Shown: positions 28,410-43,400 of the stretch, piece after piece | Position numbering within the stretch: position 1 is the stretch's first letter | Layout: each line of letters begins with the position of its first letter | NCBI GenBank assembly: GCA_012295275.1 | Contig: CM022673.1 | Coordinates: forward strand, 16,678,001-16,742,000 | DNA length: 64,000 bases | DNA from: Chrysomallon squamiferum | Lineage: Eukaryota; Animalia; Mollusca | Direction: 5' to 3' | The notes under the pieces: generated by a model | Seen by the model: only the letters and a program-made list of their open reading frames with translations | Told to the model about the DNA's origin: nothing | The model's database searches: none | Translations under genes and position numbers: made by a program

Positions 28410-31400
28410 TTAACACTTTATTATTTAGGTTTATTTTTCATGCACAAATTTAAAAAAAATAATGTTTACCCAAAATTATAAATAAGTATTCAAAATTTAC
28501 AACATTTTATATTTTATCTTAAAAAATAAATTGAGCAAAGAAAAGATGAAACTAACACAGATCTTTTTGTCATTGACTCAGATTTACATGAACTATTTTA
28601 TTGTGCAATCTTTAATATAATTCTTTATAAAACAAAAAAATAAAATAAATTCCCTTTCATTACTCAATGTATAATAAATAATTTATTATTTCAATATTTC
28701 AGACGTGGATCCTGATGACACAGCAGCTTACAAAGTAGAAATCAGCAATGAGAGTGGAACTGCTAATGCCAACTTTGGACTTAAAGTTGTCAGTGAGTAG
28801 TTTTCATTTTAAATAAGTTGTGTCCAGCATATAATTAGAAATCCAAGTAAATTATTAAAAAAAATTAAAACAGTTTTATTTATATGTAAAATGTGATAAG
28901 CTGTCTCAGATATTAAGAGGTAGAGTTTAACCATATTCATTGGTTTTAGCCTTTACTAATAACACTGAGTGCAAAATTAACTATATTTCTTGTCATCATG
29001 TCATTTGTTGAGTGTATATTAACATAAATAAAAGAAAATATTTCACACAGTAATTAGAATAATTCATATTCATCTTCACTTCCTTACAGGCCCACCAGCA
29101 GCACCCACAGGTCCTTTGAATGTTTCTGAGATTACAAAGAATGCCTGTCGGTTGTCATGGAAACCTCCAAAGAATGATGGTGGTGGTAAGATAACTAGCT
29201 ACCTAGTTGAAAGACAGGAGATTGGTAAACCCTACTGGATCACTGTGTCCTCCCACTGCAAGGTAGGAATGACTGGAAACACAATTTAACATTACTAGTA
29301 AATTGGCTGCCAGAATTCTGCCAAAAAAATATTGATTATTTAGATACTGTTTTTTTTAAATTTTCTCAAGTCTTGAGCTTAGTTGTGCCAAATTGAAAAG
29401 AACTTATTGCAGTAAACATTTTATATAATAAAAAGAATGTTTTGAGTTATATGCATATATGTACAAAGATAGGTTTTAGATTAAGAAAATAATGTTTACA
29501 AATACTGATTTTATTATTTAAAGCTTGACTGATTGAACTTATTTTAGCAGAATATGCAGCTTTAATAGTATATTGAATATTTGAGGTTTGTTTTTCAGGA
29601 TACATCAATAGATGTACAAGGGCTATATGAGAATCACCAGTACCTGTTCCGAGTGTGTGCAGTGAATGAACATGGGGAAGGAGAACATCTTCAGGCTGAG
29701 AATCCAATTGTTGCTAAGATGCCATTTGGTAAGTTTCTGATTTATTAATGTAGGACATCTATATAGGAAGTAATCTTGAATGTATGATGAAAACCACAAT
29801 GCTGTAGAGAACAGATAAACCAATGACGAGAACAAAATAAACAGTTAACATTTAAACAAAAATGTTAAAATAGGAATTTGGTCTTCTACAAATTAAAAAT
29901 AACTGTGTTCTGAATGAGAGGTATTATGTACCTCTGAGAATATGTTGATAGATTGCAGACTTTAATTCATTTTATCATTCCGTAAAGTTCATAAATACCC
30001 CCCCACACACACACTCAGAGACAGAGAGACACACAGATGCACAGGCATACATTCATACATATATGGGTTATGGTGTTTGTAATATTTATTGTCATGTTTT
30101 TAACAGATCCACCTGAGACACCTGGAATACCTGAAGTGACCGAGGTAGGAGGAGATTTTGTCAGTCTTACCTGGCAGAAACCACACAATGACGGAGGTGG
30201 AAAGATCACTGGGTACTGGATAGAGAAACGAGAACATGGCACAGACAACTGGTCCCGTGTCAACTTGAACCCTTGCATCACCAACATGATTAACATACCC
30301 AATCTCATTGAAGATCGACGTTATGAATTCAGAGTGTTTGCTGAAAATGAGGCTGGAATGAGTAAACCTTCAATGGCTTCCAGCAGTGTGAAAATTAAAG
30401 ATCCTAAAGGTTAGTTGTTTTTAATGAAACTACAAACCTGTTTGAAAAAAACCTACTACATTTTGAAAATTCACTATGTCTAGATTTCTTCATTTTAAAA
30501 AACAGTTTGGGCTAATTTCCAAATTTCTGTCCAAGATTTGTGATTAATGTTTGTAAATGAAAATTTTGAGATATCTATAATCATAAAACTGTTAAATTAA
30601 CTTTCTTAAATATATAATTTTTTTATCACTGTTATTTCTCAGGTCCATTACAAAATGACATGTAAATAATGTGGGGATATATAAAGACTAATTTAAACTA
30701 AACATATATTTACCAACACATGTTGATGTTACGCTTTTATCAGTATATAAGTCATTTTATTTATATTAATTTTGTTATTCATATTTGAACAGCTGCTGTT
30801 CTTCCTGAATTCACTGCACCTCTTCGTAAAATCCAGGCTGTGGAGGGAAAATCTGCCAGATTTGAGTGCACCTGTACCGGAGACCCTGCTCCAGAAATAC
30901 AATGGTTAGTATATGTTTATTCTAATAATTGTATGTATTTATTCATTTTATTCTAAAACTCCTACAATTTTTGGCCTTCATAATTCCTCAAGAGCTTTAA
31001 ACTGAATTTATTTATGACAGGTTCAAAGGTTCCCGTGAGGTATTTGACAGTAACAAATATGAAATCTCCTCGGAAGGAGAGAAGCAGATTCTGGTTGTAC
31101 GTGATGTGTATGGTGAGGATGCTGATGAATACTCATGTAGGGCAACCAACAGAGGAGGTTCACGAACCAGTCGAGCTGAACTGGAAATCAGATGTAAGTT
31201 ATATTTCAGATATCACATTATTAATGATACATAATCTTATTGCAATGCTCTAGTTAGTCCTAAAAATAAGCCACACTGAATTTATGGTTTCCATTTTTCC
31301 TGTGTATTTACAACATATAACCTTTTACATTTTTCAATGCTGTGATAAAGATTTTGTTTCATTTTCTTTTTTTCTTCTTCTTCTTTTTTATTTTTTTTAA

Positions 31401-34400
31401 TTTTTAATTAAAAAGATTGTAATTCTAATTATTGTTTCTTCCTGTTATTGTTATTTCAATATTTGATTGCAGCACCTCCTAAAGTAAATGTTCCACCACG
31501 CTTCAAGGACATCTGCACTTTTGAAAAGGGTGAAACAGTTGTTATAAAGATTCCATTCACTGGAAACCCCAAGCCTGATGTTAAGTGGATCAGAGATGGA
31601 CAGGAGCTGAGGAGTGGTGGTCACTATGTTCAGGATGTCACTGAGAGACATGCCATACTGACAATTAAAGAGGCTTCAAAATCTGATGATGGACCTTACA
31701 GATTGCAGCTGGAAAACCAGCTTGGAGCTGACTCTGCTATCCTCAAAGTGCAAGTCAATGGTAAGTGCTGCTCTGTTAGACTAAATGATGTGCATGATTA
31801 ATGTTTAAATTTAATACATTTAAACCACTTTAGACAGATTTACCAATAAAACTGAATAGTGTGTCAGTTAAAGTGTGTTACTTTTTACTACTTCATGAAC
31901 CAATTTATGTCTTCAAACAGAATTAATTAAGCCCAGTATTTAAATCAGTTTACATCAGAAAAAGTATAATGTTTGAATAAACAGAATCTTTTTAAAAATC
32001 TATTTAACATCTAAAATAGCATAATATTCAAAAAAACAAGGTTGTTTTGTGTTTTTTTTGTTGTTTTTTTAAATCAGTCTGCATTTAAAAAAAGTAAAAT
32101 ATTCCAAAAATAATATTTTTTTTGACATTATTATTTGTCTTAATCAGCAAGATATTCTAATTCTTTATTTTATCTATTCTGGAATCTTTTTCACCAGTTT
32201 GTTCAAAAAAACTAAAACATTTTAACTTTTGTTGTTGTTTTTTCAGATCGACCTGATCCTCCACAGTTCCTGAAGATTGAAAACATTAGAGATGAATCTG
32301 TTGTGTTGTCATGGAAACCTCCACTGAATGATGGTGGTAGTTTTATCACTGCTTACCTTGTGGAGAAGAGGGAACCTCCATCTTCAAACTGGTCTAGATG
32401 TGCCTCCACCAGGTAATTTTTTGAAAATTGATAAGATATTTTTATCTTTCTCAACAGACTTGATATTTGATTACATGTTTATATATTTGTATTTGTAAAT
32501 CTGTCTACATTCTCTTCATATCAGCAAATAATAAGAACAAAAATCCATTTATTTAACTAATAAAAAATAATACAAAATTATTATGATCCAGATGGTGACA
32601 ACAGTCACATTTTAAAGTTTACATAAAGTATTTATTACTTTTCTACTTAAAGTAATGCTTATCTAATTAAGATACTACTTGGAATCTTTAAACAACATAA
32701 AATTAATGGAATTATTTTTGCCTGGAACAATAAGTTCTTATTTAGTATGTCTCAAATAATTGTTTTATTGTATGTATTAAGAAGAATTAATTTTGATCTA
32801 GATTTGTGTTTCACAATGTCACTGGTCTTACTCCTGAGAAGGAGTATGAATTTCGAGTTGCGGCTGAAAATTTCTATGGCCGCAGTGAGCCATGTGAATC
32901 TACTGGTCCCATCAAAACAGATATACCCGAAGAAGCTCGCAAGAAGAAAGAGATGGAAGGTTTGTTCTGACTTAATTTTTAAAAACTTTAAATAATTTAA
33001 TTTCACTAAAATATAATTTTCAGCTTTGATTACTATTTCGTGATTTACTCTTAGATAATAAAAGTAAGGATTTTTTTCTCCTTTAAAAATAAGATTATCT
33101 GTGTCAAAACAAAGATTATTTTCTGTTTGAAATTTGAGTAAGAAAGTAAAGTGGTATATGTACTATACAGAATTTTATTACTTGATGTATAATATGCAGA
33201 GTAATTTTATAACGTGAACAAAATATTTAGACTTCTTTGTGTTAATTAATTAATTTATTTATTTTTTTGATAGTCTTTGTTAACTAAATATTCAATTTCT
33301 GATTGTAACTATTTTTTATTTTAGATGAATTTGGAAGAAAGGTCCGAGGCAAATATGATGGGCCAAAAATAATGGATTATGATAAATTTTGTAAGTATTG
33401 ATGTATGTCCGTAGATGATTAAATTTCCTAGACAATTAGAATGGTTTTGTCCATAATAATGATGACACTGATTTTAATAAAAGTCATATAACACAGTAAT
33501 AATGTTTTTTTAATTTTTTTTATATAATTCGTCTCCTTGAAATGTTTCTTTTTTCTTCCATGTTATATATTTAATGTCCTCAAACCATCTCCTTTTTTTC
33601 CTGTGATCAGACACAGATATCTGGAATAAGTTTGTTCCTCAACCTGTTGAAATCAAACAAGGCAGTGTGTATGATGACTATGAAATCCTTGAGGAACTGG
33701 GCAGGTGAGTTAGGATCATTTTAAATGTTAAGTTTATTGATAAAAATCCTTATTATATCTTAAACATTTTTTATTTCTCATTTTGAACATCTTAAGAATA
33801 ATAATAATGAATCTAATTTATAATTTTTTTATCTCAATATGTATACTTAACAAAAATTAACTTATTGGTTTGTTTTTCATTGCTACTAGTGAATGGAATA
33901 TCAAAGGTCATGTTAAAAACATAACTTTCTTTCATGAGGTGCATATAAAAGATCAGTTGCTATTAACTGGTAGAAACAAATAACAGTAGTTTTTGATGTG
34001 CTTTCATTAAAGAACATCATCATTTATAGGACATTCACTTTATAATTTCTATAATTTTATATCAGTGGTGCTTTTGGTGTTGTTCATCGGTGCATGGAAA
34101 AGTCAACAGGAAGGTTCTTTGTTGCCAAGTTTATCAACACCCCATACCCACTAGACAAAGCCACTGTTAGAAATGAGATCAACATAATGAATCAGTTACA
34201 TCATCCCAAACTGATCAATCTACATGATGCTTTTGATGACAAATATGAAATGGTTCTCATTCTTGAGTTGTAAGTACTTAAAATAATAATTACACACAAA
34301 GTCACTCAAAGACAAACAAAAGCACACACATTATAACACATACATACATACACACATACCTACTTATATCACAGTAAAGCCATTTTAATACAAAACTTAC

Positions 34401-37400
34401 TGGTCTATACATAATCTGGTATTATGGAATGTTCATGTGAGGCAAAAGTCTTTTTGATTTTTTTTAAATATCAGTATAGAGCCTTCTAATAATATTGCTT
34501 TGATAAGGATGAATAATATGGTTCAATAAATTAAAAACATTGATGACATTTTAAAACACTTTACTCTTATTTTATTAGAACAGTATAATTTTTTATGTTT
34601 TAAGAAATAAAATGTAGTTCAGTTTGCATTTTTAGTTAACTGACATTTGTTAGTAAAATATTATTGCCAATAAGGGTGACTAAGCAGATAACAATGTGTT
34701 TTCAGTTTGTCTGGAGGTGAGCTGTTTGACCGTATTGCAGCTGAAGACTACAAAATGTCAGAAGCTGAGGTGATCAATTACATGAGACAAGTCTGTGAAG
34801 GACTTAAACACATGCATGAAAACAGCATTGTACATCTTGATATCAAGGTAACCACATCAACAAAACCCACATAAATGTAGACATGAAGAAATTAGTGTAA
34901 GCCAAGAATAGGTTAAAACAGTTGAAAAATAAATTCTGAAATTTTAAGAAGTGACTTTCCAGAGTAAAGTTATGACAATTTAATGTAGCAAAGTTTTTGG
35001 ATTATAATAATCATATCTTTTTTCTTCTCTTAAAAAAAAGAAAGAAAAGAAAAGAGATATGCTTTACAGAGCAGATAGAGATTCTGACAGAAATTAAAAG
35101 GCTTTATTAACAACACTTTTAGTAAATGAACCTTCTTTGAGGTTATAACTAATCATCTAAAATTCTAATATAATTACTTATCAATGAAAGTATTTAAAAT
35201 TAAGAATATCTGTCAGTGTTTTATCTACACTGTTTTAAACTAAAGAGATCTTTTCTCCTGTGAACCTAAAAACAAAACAGTTTTACCTTTGTTGTGGGAG
35301 GAGATATAAATTGTTTTTATTATTTCATTTCAGCCTGAAAATGTCATGTGTCAGACTAAGAACAGTACCAATGTCAAACTTATAGACTTTGGTCTGGCCA
35401 CCAAGTTAAATCCAGATGAAGTTGTCAAAGTCACCACAGCAACTGCAGAGTTTGCAGCTCCTGAAATTGTGGAGAGAGATCCAGTTGGTTTCTACACTGA
35501 CATGTGGGCAGTGGGAGTGTTGGCCTATGTTTTGTGAGTAGCATTTAATAATATGAACCTTCATATTTTATCATGCATTCTGTTTAAACATATTTTGGCT
35601 AGTCCATTAAATATACAGTTATCTCCAGTGGATGAAAACTTTCTAGATTGCATTTATTCATTTTTCTAAGAAGATAATTTCAGTAGCTTGGTATTTCACC
35701 TGCCTTTGCTGTCATTGTTTAAACTGTCTGTGTCTATAATTGTTTTTACAGACTGAGTGGCTTGTCTCCATTTGCTGGAGAAGATGATTTGGAAACTTTG
35801 CAGAATGTCAAACGCTGTGACTGGGATTTTGATGAGGATGCATTTGCAAATGTGTCTCAAGAAGCTAAAGATTTCATCAAATCTCTACTGCAGAAGAATC
35901 CACAGTAAGCAAAACAAAATAATTAAAATACTACTATTTGTTTAAATCTAGGGTTTGTATTATTGGTGATTTGATGCATTTGGGGACCTAAATTTACAGT
36001 GTATAGAGAACTGCTTGGAAATACATATGTAACTGCTTGACATCATTTCAGATTTATTGCAATTTTATAAAAGGAATAAAATAATTTTTGATATTGTTTT
36101 TAAAGTGGAAATAATAAAATCATCTGTAGAGTTTATATTATCTTTTCGCTGTATTTTATTTTCAGTTTTAAATCATTATTTATTTATTTATTTATTCACT
36201 TTTACTTTTTAGGAAGAGGATAACTGTCCATGAATCACTTGAGCATCCTTGGCTCAAGGTAATTATGGTTCATGCTTTCTAGTTTATTCACATTAAACAG
36301 TAATAGTTAAAATCAAATTCAGTGCATGATAAAGATCAGAAGGTAAAAAGAGAAGATGGTTAATTTAAAATGTTTCATTTAAAAACAGAATGTTTGCTTT
36401 AATGAACAGATACCATTTTGGAAATAATAATAATAACAACATATTAAAAAATCTTAGATACAAATTATGCTTCTCTTAAGTATCTTGGATTTTAATAATT
36501 CACAGTATATGATATTGATGTTTGTGATATGTATTTATTTATTTTGTACTTAAAATAGGGAGACCATAGCAATCTGACCCACAGGATTCCCTCAAGCCGA
36601 TACAACAAGATCAGACAGAAGATCAAAGAGAAATATGTAAGTTTATACTGCTATTTATAGATTCACTATCATAGTATTTTTTAGTTTGCAGTTGATAAGT
36701 GCCTGCATTTGAGACCCGTACACTGAAAAGTACAAAATATGCTCACCAATACATCAAGTATGGTTTGAACTAGAAGTAGCCCTGCAACACATGGCTTAAG
36801 TACTTAAAATATGAGAATAGCAATTTACAAGTGATGTTTTTCCTTCCATAGGCTGACTGGCCAGCTCCAATGCCTGCGATTGGTCGCATTGCTAACTTCA
36901 GTTCATTGAGAAAACACAGACCTAAGGAATACCAGATTTATGATGCCTACTTTGGTAAGTCATTTCCAGATATATTTTACTGTTATACAACTGAGTTATT
37001 ATTACTTTTATTTTGTTACTGATGTTTTTTAAAGTCGGACATTTGTTGAGAATTGTTGAAATAAATTAGACCATTTTTTGGTGGGAAGTTTATAAATTAT
37101 ATAGTTAATTATTTTTGCTGTGAAAAAGGACGTGTCAGAATTCTTCATTGTTGACCTTTTTGATCAGTTATTCAATGGGTAAAATATTTTAATTAAAGTT
37201 ATTTTCCTCTGTTTTGTTCAGATCGTCGTGAGGCAGTTCCAAGATTTGTTCGTAAACCACGCAATGCCAATGTTCCTGAAGGACAGACTGTGAAGTTTGA
37301 CTGCAAGATCATTGCTGCTTCTCCTCCTATTGTTACTTGGTAAGTCTCAGAAAAGGTGGGTTTTTTTACATACTCATTATAGTTTAATGACTAAGTAGCT

Positions 37401-40400
37401 ATGGTTTTAATAGCTACTCATAACAGTTTAATAGCTGCTGATACATAGTCTTGTAATCTATTAGATTACACTTTTCCTTCAGTCGCTTAAAATTAAGCAT
37501 TCATCATCCATGTCTAAAGTAAAGATATTGAAAATCTACTTCATAGTTTATTTTTGAAAACTGAAAAAAAACAAAGATATATATTTAATAAATTAATGAA
37601 TTTTTAAGATACAAAAAGTATTATTTAAACTTGTGCTAGTCTGTCCTGAGATTTATGAATAAAAAGTTAACCAAAATAAAAATTTAAAAATTTAATGTAA
37701 TCTTATATTGCATATTTCAGGTACAGAAATGACACAATATTGACTCAGAGTATTAAGTTTATGCAGAAATATTCTGGAAAAGAATATGAACTTAGGATTA
37801 GTCGTGTCAAGGTTGATGACAAAGGGGAGATCACTGTTCGAGCAGAAAACTCTTTCGGCAGAAAGGAGGAGAAGGCAAATCTCCTTGTGGAAGGCAAGTT
37901 GAAGTTATAAATGATTCAAAATAATTAACATTATTGCTGTTTGTTATTTATGCTATATGAAAATCAGACAATTTCATTTATTTACATGATAATAATTATT
38001 AAAATATCTTTACAGCCAGCCCTGAAGCACCTAAGCCTCCTAGCAGGGAAACTACACCTCTTAGAAGGTTGGTATTTCAATACAACATTACAATAATGAA
38101 TTTACTGAAAGAATGAACTAAGGAAATAAGGATTCTTGACATCTCAAAGTCCTGTTTTAGGACATTTTGAAAATATACTCCTGATTTAATGTATCCAGGA
38201 AACAAACAGATAAAAATTTATTCTCTTTTTTCTTAATTCCATTAAAGAAATCTTGTTCCAGTAAAATATAGTTAGGATTAAGTCTCTTTTTGACTTGTCT
38301 TGGACAGAACTGTATGTTGAATTCAGATATGGTGTCAAGCTCATTTAATGGTTCTCATGTGATGGAAAGATCTAAAAACCAATTTTGTGTTTGTAGGAAG
38401 AGAGAGCTGGAGGAGATACAGTTTGAGAAACCAGTTGAAGATGAACCTCCACAGTTCAACTTTGATCTGCGACCCCGGGTCATCCAGGCTGGCTCTGACT
38501 TCAAATTAATCTGCTGTGTGAAAGCTCATCCTCCACCAAAGGTAAGCAAATCAGTTTCATATTTAGTTCAAGATTACAAATTTTCAAAATTAATTTATGT
38601 ATTTACCTGTTTTTTGCTTAACATTATAAACACTTTGTTGATTATGAAATTATTTAATACTGGGTTTTTTTGCTTTTTTTTCTATTTCAGTTACTTAGTT
38701 ATGCTGATTAAAAGTAAAACAAATCCCCTTCTGTCTCTCCACAAATTGTTTTCCCACATTTTTCACTAGTTCTTAATTGTGTATTACCAGGTGAAGTGGT
38801 TTAAAGACAATGAGGATATCACAAACAGCACACACTACAGTATTCAGTATTCCTATGGTATTTGCTCAATAGAAGTCCAGAATGCCAAGGTGTCTGATAG
38901 TGGCAAGTACACCTGCAGTGCCACCAACCCTCTTGGAGACCATGAAACAAGTACCCGTGTCATTGTTGAAGGTAAGGAATCAACATACTTAGATTTAAAG
39001 TATATTAATGCTTATATATTGTATTTTGTTCTTGTTATTGTTGACAGATACTATTTTTGCTTATACTGTTGCCTGTGTTGAAGGTGTGTACATAAATAAA
39101 TTTTGTTAGACAATAATTGAATATTGTCTTAAAAAAATAGCATGAATTGGAATGAACTAAGATATATGAAACAAATGTTAGCATTGCTTTTTAATGTGAA
39201 AACGTAATAGCATATATTTATTATCAGTAAATATACACCACAGGTACTGTTTTATTAGTAATGAACTTCTTATGCCTAATTAAGTGGAGATACTTCCAAA
39301 ATGGCTAAACATTTTAGTCTGTATGCATGCAAAATTGCAAAACATTTTAATCTTTCTATTCTGCTACAATTTACTTTTATGTCTCCAAATAGGTTTTTCT
39401 GTTTTAGAATTTGTTTTTGATAAATATTAATTTCAGATCGAGTGCATTCAAAAAAGGAACAGGAGTCGATGTCATCAAAAACCACTTCAAGAATGGTGAG
39501 AAGAACAAAATCTGGAGCCAACATTGAAGAATTTTCTAGCTATGAAGAAACCTCAACAAAAAAGACAACTCGACGTTCAGGAAGAGAGGAGATAGAAGAA
39601 TCTTCAACTAGATCAGAGAAAAAGAGTGAGAGAAAGTTTTAACGAGTTTTTAATGATTTATTTCCTTCATTTCATAGAACTGATTTATAAGTGCAAACTC
39701 ATTTGACTTGCAGTAATGAAAAACAATTCTGTTACTTTTTATATAAAGAATTAGTTATATATCACTTGAAGTTAGTTTATTTATTCATTGGTACAATGAG
39801 AAGATTTTAATATTTCTGGAACATCTTTTCTGTTTAAATCTTTCAAATCAGAAAGAATAAAGAATGTAATGTAGACTTTTGATTTTATTATGATTATTAT
39901 TATTGTTATCATTATCATCCTAATTATTGTTATGGTTGTTGTTGTTGTTGTCATTATGAGAAAGTTTACTTTTTATCTCTGCCCAGAACGAACTGAAGAA
40001 CAGGCACCAACTTTCTCTCAGAATTTATCACCAGTAACTGTAACCGAGGGTGACAGACTTCAGCTGACATGTACAGTGTCTGGAAAACCAGAACCTACTG
40101 TTGAATGGTTCTTGAATGGCCAGGTATAATATAAAATTGAACTAATAAATAAACTTTAAAATTTCAGGAAACATCATGGTGGTCATATTTTCTTTAAATT
40201 GGTACCAGTTAGTCAAACTATTACAAGTATATATTTGTCTTAGGAATTTTCTGTTATTTAATTTAAAAATTTCTTGTTTTAGATGTTGAACTCTGATGAT
40301 ATTGTAACTCTGAAATACAGAAATGGGGTTGCCACACTAGAAATAGCAGAAGTAATGGTGGATGATGAAGGAGATTATGTGTGTAAGGCGTCAAATCCTG

Positions 40401-43400
40401 CAGGAGTTGCATCAACAAAAGCAAATGTTATTGTAAAATGTAAGTAAAAATATTGTTTATTCACCAGTAATTGAGTTCATCATCATTTAACTATATCTCT
40501 TCATATATTTTCAAAAAAATATTTAACAAATTCCTTTTTCAGCTAGATAATTATTTGTGTGTTAGATTTCCTTTTGCATTTTCCTTCCATTTTAGAATCC
40601 AGATTTTTAAAATTTTACAAAGAAACATACCCGTTCTTTTTTGTTATCTCAAATGTTAACAAAAACATTGGTTTAAAACTGAAATATTGATTTCTTTAAT
40701 TTGTTAAATATTGAGGTGGGTAGCAATAAGTTTTGAACTACAGTTATGAGTAAAAATATCATAAAATAAAAGATTATAGTTTTTTGTTTTGTTGTTTTCC
40801 AAAAAGGTATTGTTGTTGTAATTATTTATAATCTATAGAATCATGTGTCTGTTAAAACTGGAATCATAGGAAATCATTTCTTTAATGCAGATGTTTTATT
40901 AATAAAACATTCTCAAAACAACCAGAAATTAATTACATACAAATTCAGTGAAAAAAATATCCAAAAAATAAAATCAGAAGTAAAATTTCAGATATAAATG
41001 AATTCTTATTCCTAATGAATCCAGTCTTAAAGGACACTCAAGTAGTATATAATTTTCTTGATTTGCTGTGATCCAATTTTTTTTTTTAACTCCACTTCTA
41101 TTACAGATTCAGATGAATCGCCTCTATCATCCGATACTGAAATGCAATGTAAATAAATCTCATTATTATTTGTAAACATCATCATTGCTGTGTTGGTCTT
41201 TAGTGTCAGAAAGAATAAGGCTTAAATAAACCTCAGCATTAAAAATAAATCATTGACTTCTGAGTATCAACAACAACAAAAACAATAATAAATAAAAATG
41301 AATGTATATATTAGAACTAATATCTTTGAGATTTAAAAACAATGAAAACAAAACATCAGTTCTTCATTATTTTTACACTTAATATCTATTATAATTTATA
41401 ATGAAAAAAAATGTTTTGTGATACAGGTGATTTCAACAAAATATTGATTTGAAAGTCAAAAATATTCTAAGTTTTATATTTCATATAACAAGACTTTAAA
41501 CACAAGATCACTTTCTATAGTTCTCTGTTCACTAAAGATATCAACATAGCAATTATTTATTAATATATGTTTAGTTTTATTAACTTAGGTTTACAGACTA
41601 ATTTCTAATTATGTCTGGTTAAGTATGGAGTAGAATGCATGTCACATGTTTACTTCATATTTTAGATGTTGTGAGTAATCAAAGATGTTGTAATTAAAAT
41701 TGTGATTAATATCTCATTTAACTCATTATCTGCACATTGCTGTTTCTGTAAATGTTGTCATTAAGTATGTGATTAGTGTTTTAGCTTCAGCATCACAGAT
41801 GACTTCATTGTCTATGACTGGTGTTGAGATCATCTTCCAGCTATATGAATAACTGAACTTACAAATTGCTTCTTATAGATCTCGTGAAATCACTATGTAC
41901 AAAGCTGTCATTATTTATTTTAAAATATTATGGTTAAAGTTGCCAGATCAGGTTTGCTGGCTTATTTAATGGTTATTATTTATTTGTTGTAAAAGCAATA
42001 ATTTGTATTTATTTATTTATTTTTAAAACTTCCCTGTAATTTTGAATTATACGTTTTATTGACTGTGTTAGAATAAAGGTATTATTAAATATGAAACAAA
42101 CACATACACACAAACACAGTACATATTAACACATATGTAGTAGTAGTATGTATAGATGTGCATGGTGACTAGATAGATTACCAGTAGCTCCTTAGTGCCT
42201 GGTTTCTTTCAGCTGATATAACATCATCTGCTACTGAAACCAAAGCAGAAATGCCAGTAGCAGCTGGTGAAACCCTCACATCCCAACCTGTCCCAGATCC
42301 ACTCCAGTCTTCCTCCCTCCTAGAACCAAGTGAACCAGTAGAACAGTCCTCAAGTGAACCATCTGCAAGTGAACAACCATTAAAAATACCACCTAGTGAA
42401 CCACCAGTTGAAAAACCTGCAAGTGACACACCACTTGAATCCTCTAGTGAACCACCTGTAGAACCATCTGTTGGTGAAACCCTTCAAACACAGGAAGTGA
42501 AAGATGTCCCACAAGATGCCCCAGCCACAGCATAATGTAAAACATCTTTGATGTTTGTTAATCCTTACAATTCTTCTTTTGGGCAGTTGTTCATTTAAGT
42601 GTTTTGCTATTCTTTTAATCATTGATTTTTCTGTTAATATTTCTTGGAGGATAAAAATTTAAACAAATACAGTCATATCTATAATTTGATAATACATCAA
42701 GAAATACAAGTTAAAAAAATAATAATAATAATAATTAAATAAATAAAAACAAAATAATAATAATAATAATAATTTAAGACCACTGAATATAACTAGGAAG
42801 AATAAAATGTTTTCAAGCACAATCAGATAGTTCCCAGCCATTACCGCAGTCAGTAAAATTAATTTTTAATTTTTTTAAACTTCAGTGAAACATTAAACTA
42901 CAGCTACATTGAAAAGGATTATCAGTCTTTTGAAAAATAAATATTCATAATGATAATTGATAAAATTGTAATGTATTATTTGTTCTGTTTTAAAAAATTC
43001 ACTGAATACACTAAATTTCTAAACATGATAAAAATGTAATTTATTGTCTTAAAGTAAGTTTTATTTTTTTTATTTTTTATTTTTTTATTTGGGGGGGGTG
43101 CATTGGTTTAAAATTACAGATCTTCCACCTGCATGGTTTGTTTCCATTGAACTTGATGTTTTTGTCTGCATGAATTTAAAATATATATGTGTATCATTTT
43201 AGTCCATTCTAACCTGTTTACTGACTAATTAAATATCTAAGGAATGTAAAGAAACAATATAATCTGTTTTGAAAATCTTTCTCGACCCAAAGCTCTTTGA
43301 GTTTTTCCTAACAATGCTGACGACTGATATTTGCTGCCTTTGCAATGCTGTGCCCACGACTGGTCACCTTCTGCCTTTTTTGCCATTTGACGCAGTTCTT

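Noticed and set aside
42178-42622. Minus-strand ORFs over the PEVK-like exon
   Set aside because: They are antisense shadows of the plus-strand low-complexity exon.
43120-43135. Possible 16-nt microexon (ttacag...gtttgt)
   Set aside because: It is not frame-preserving and has no phase-compatible downstream acceptor.
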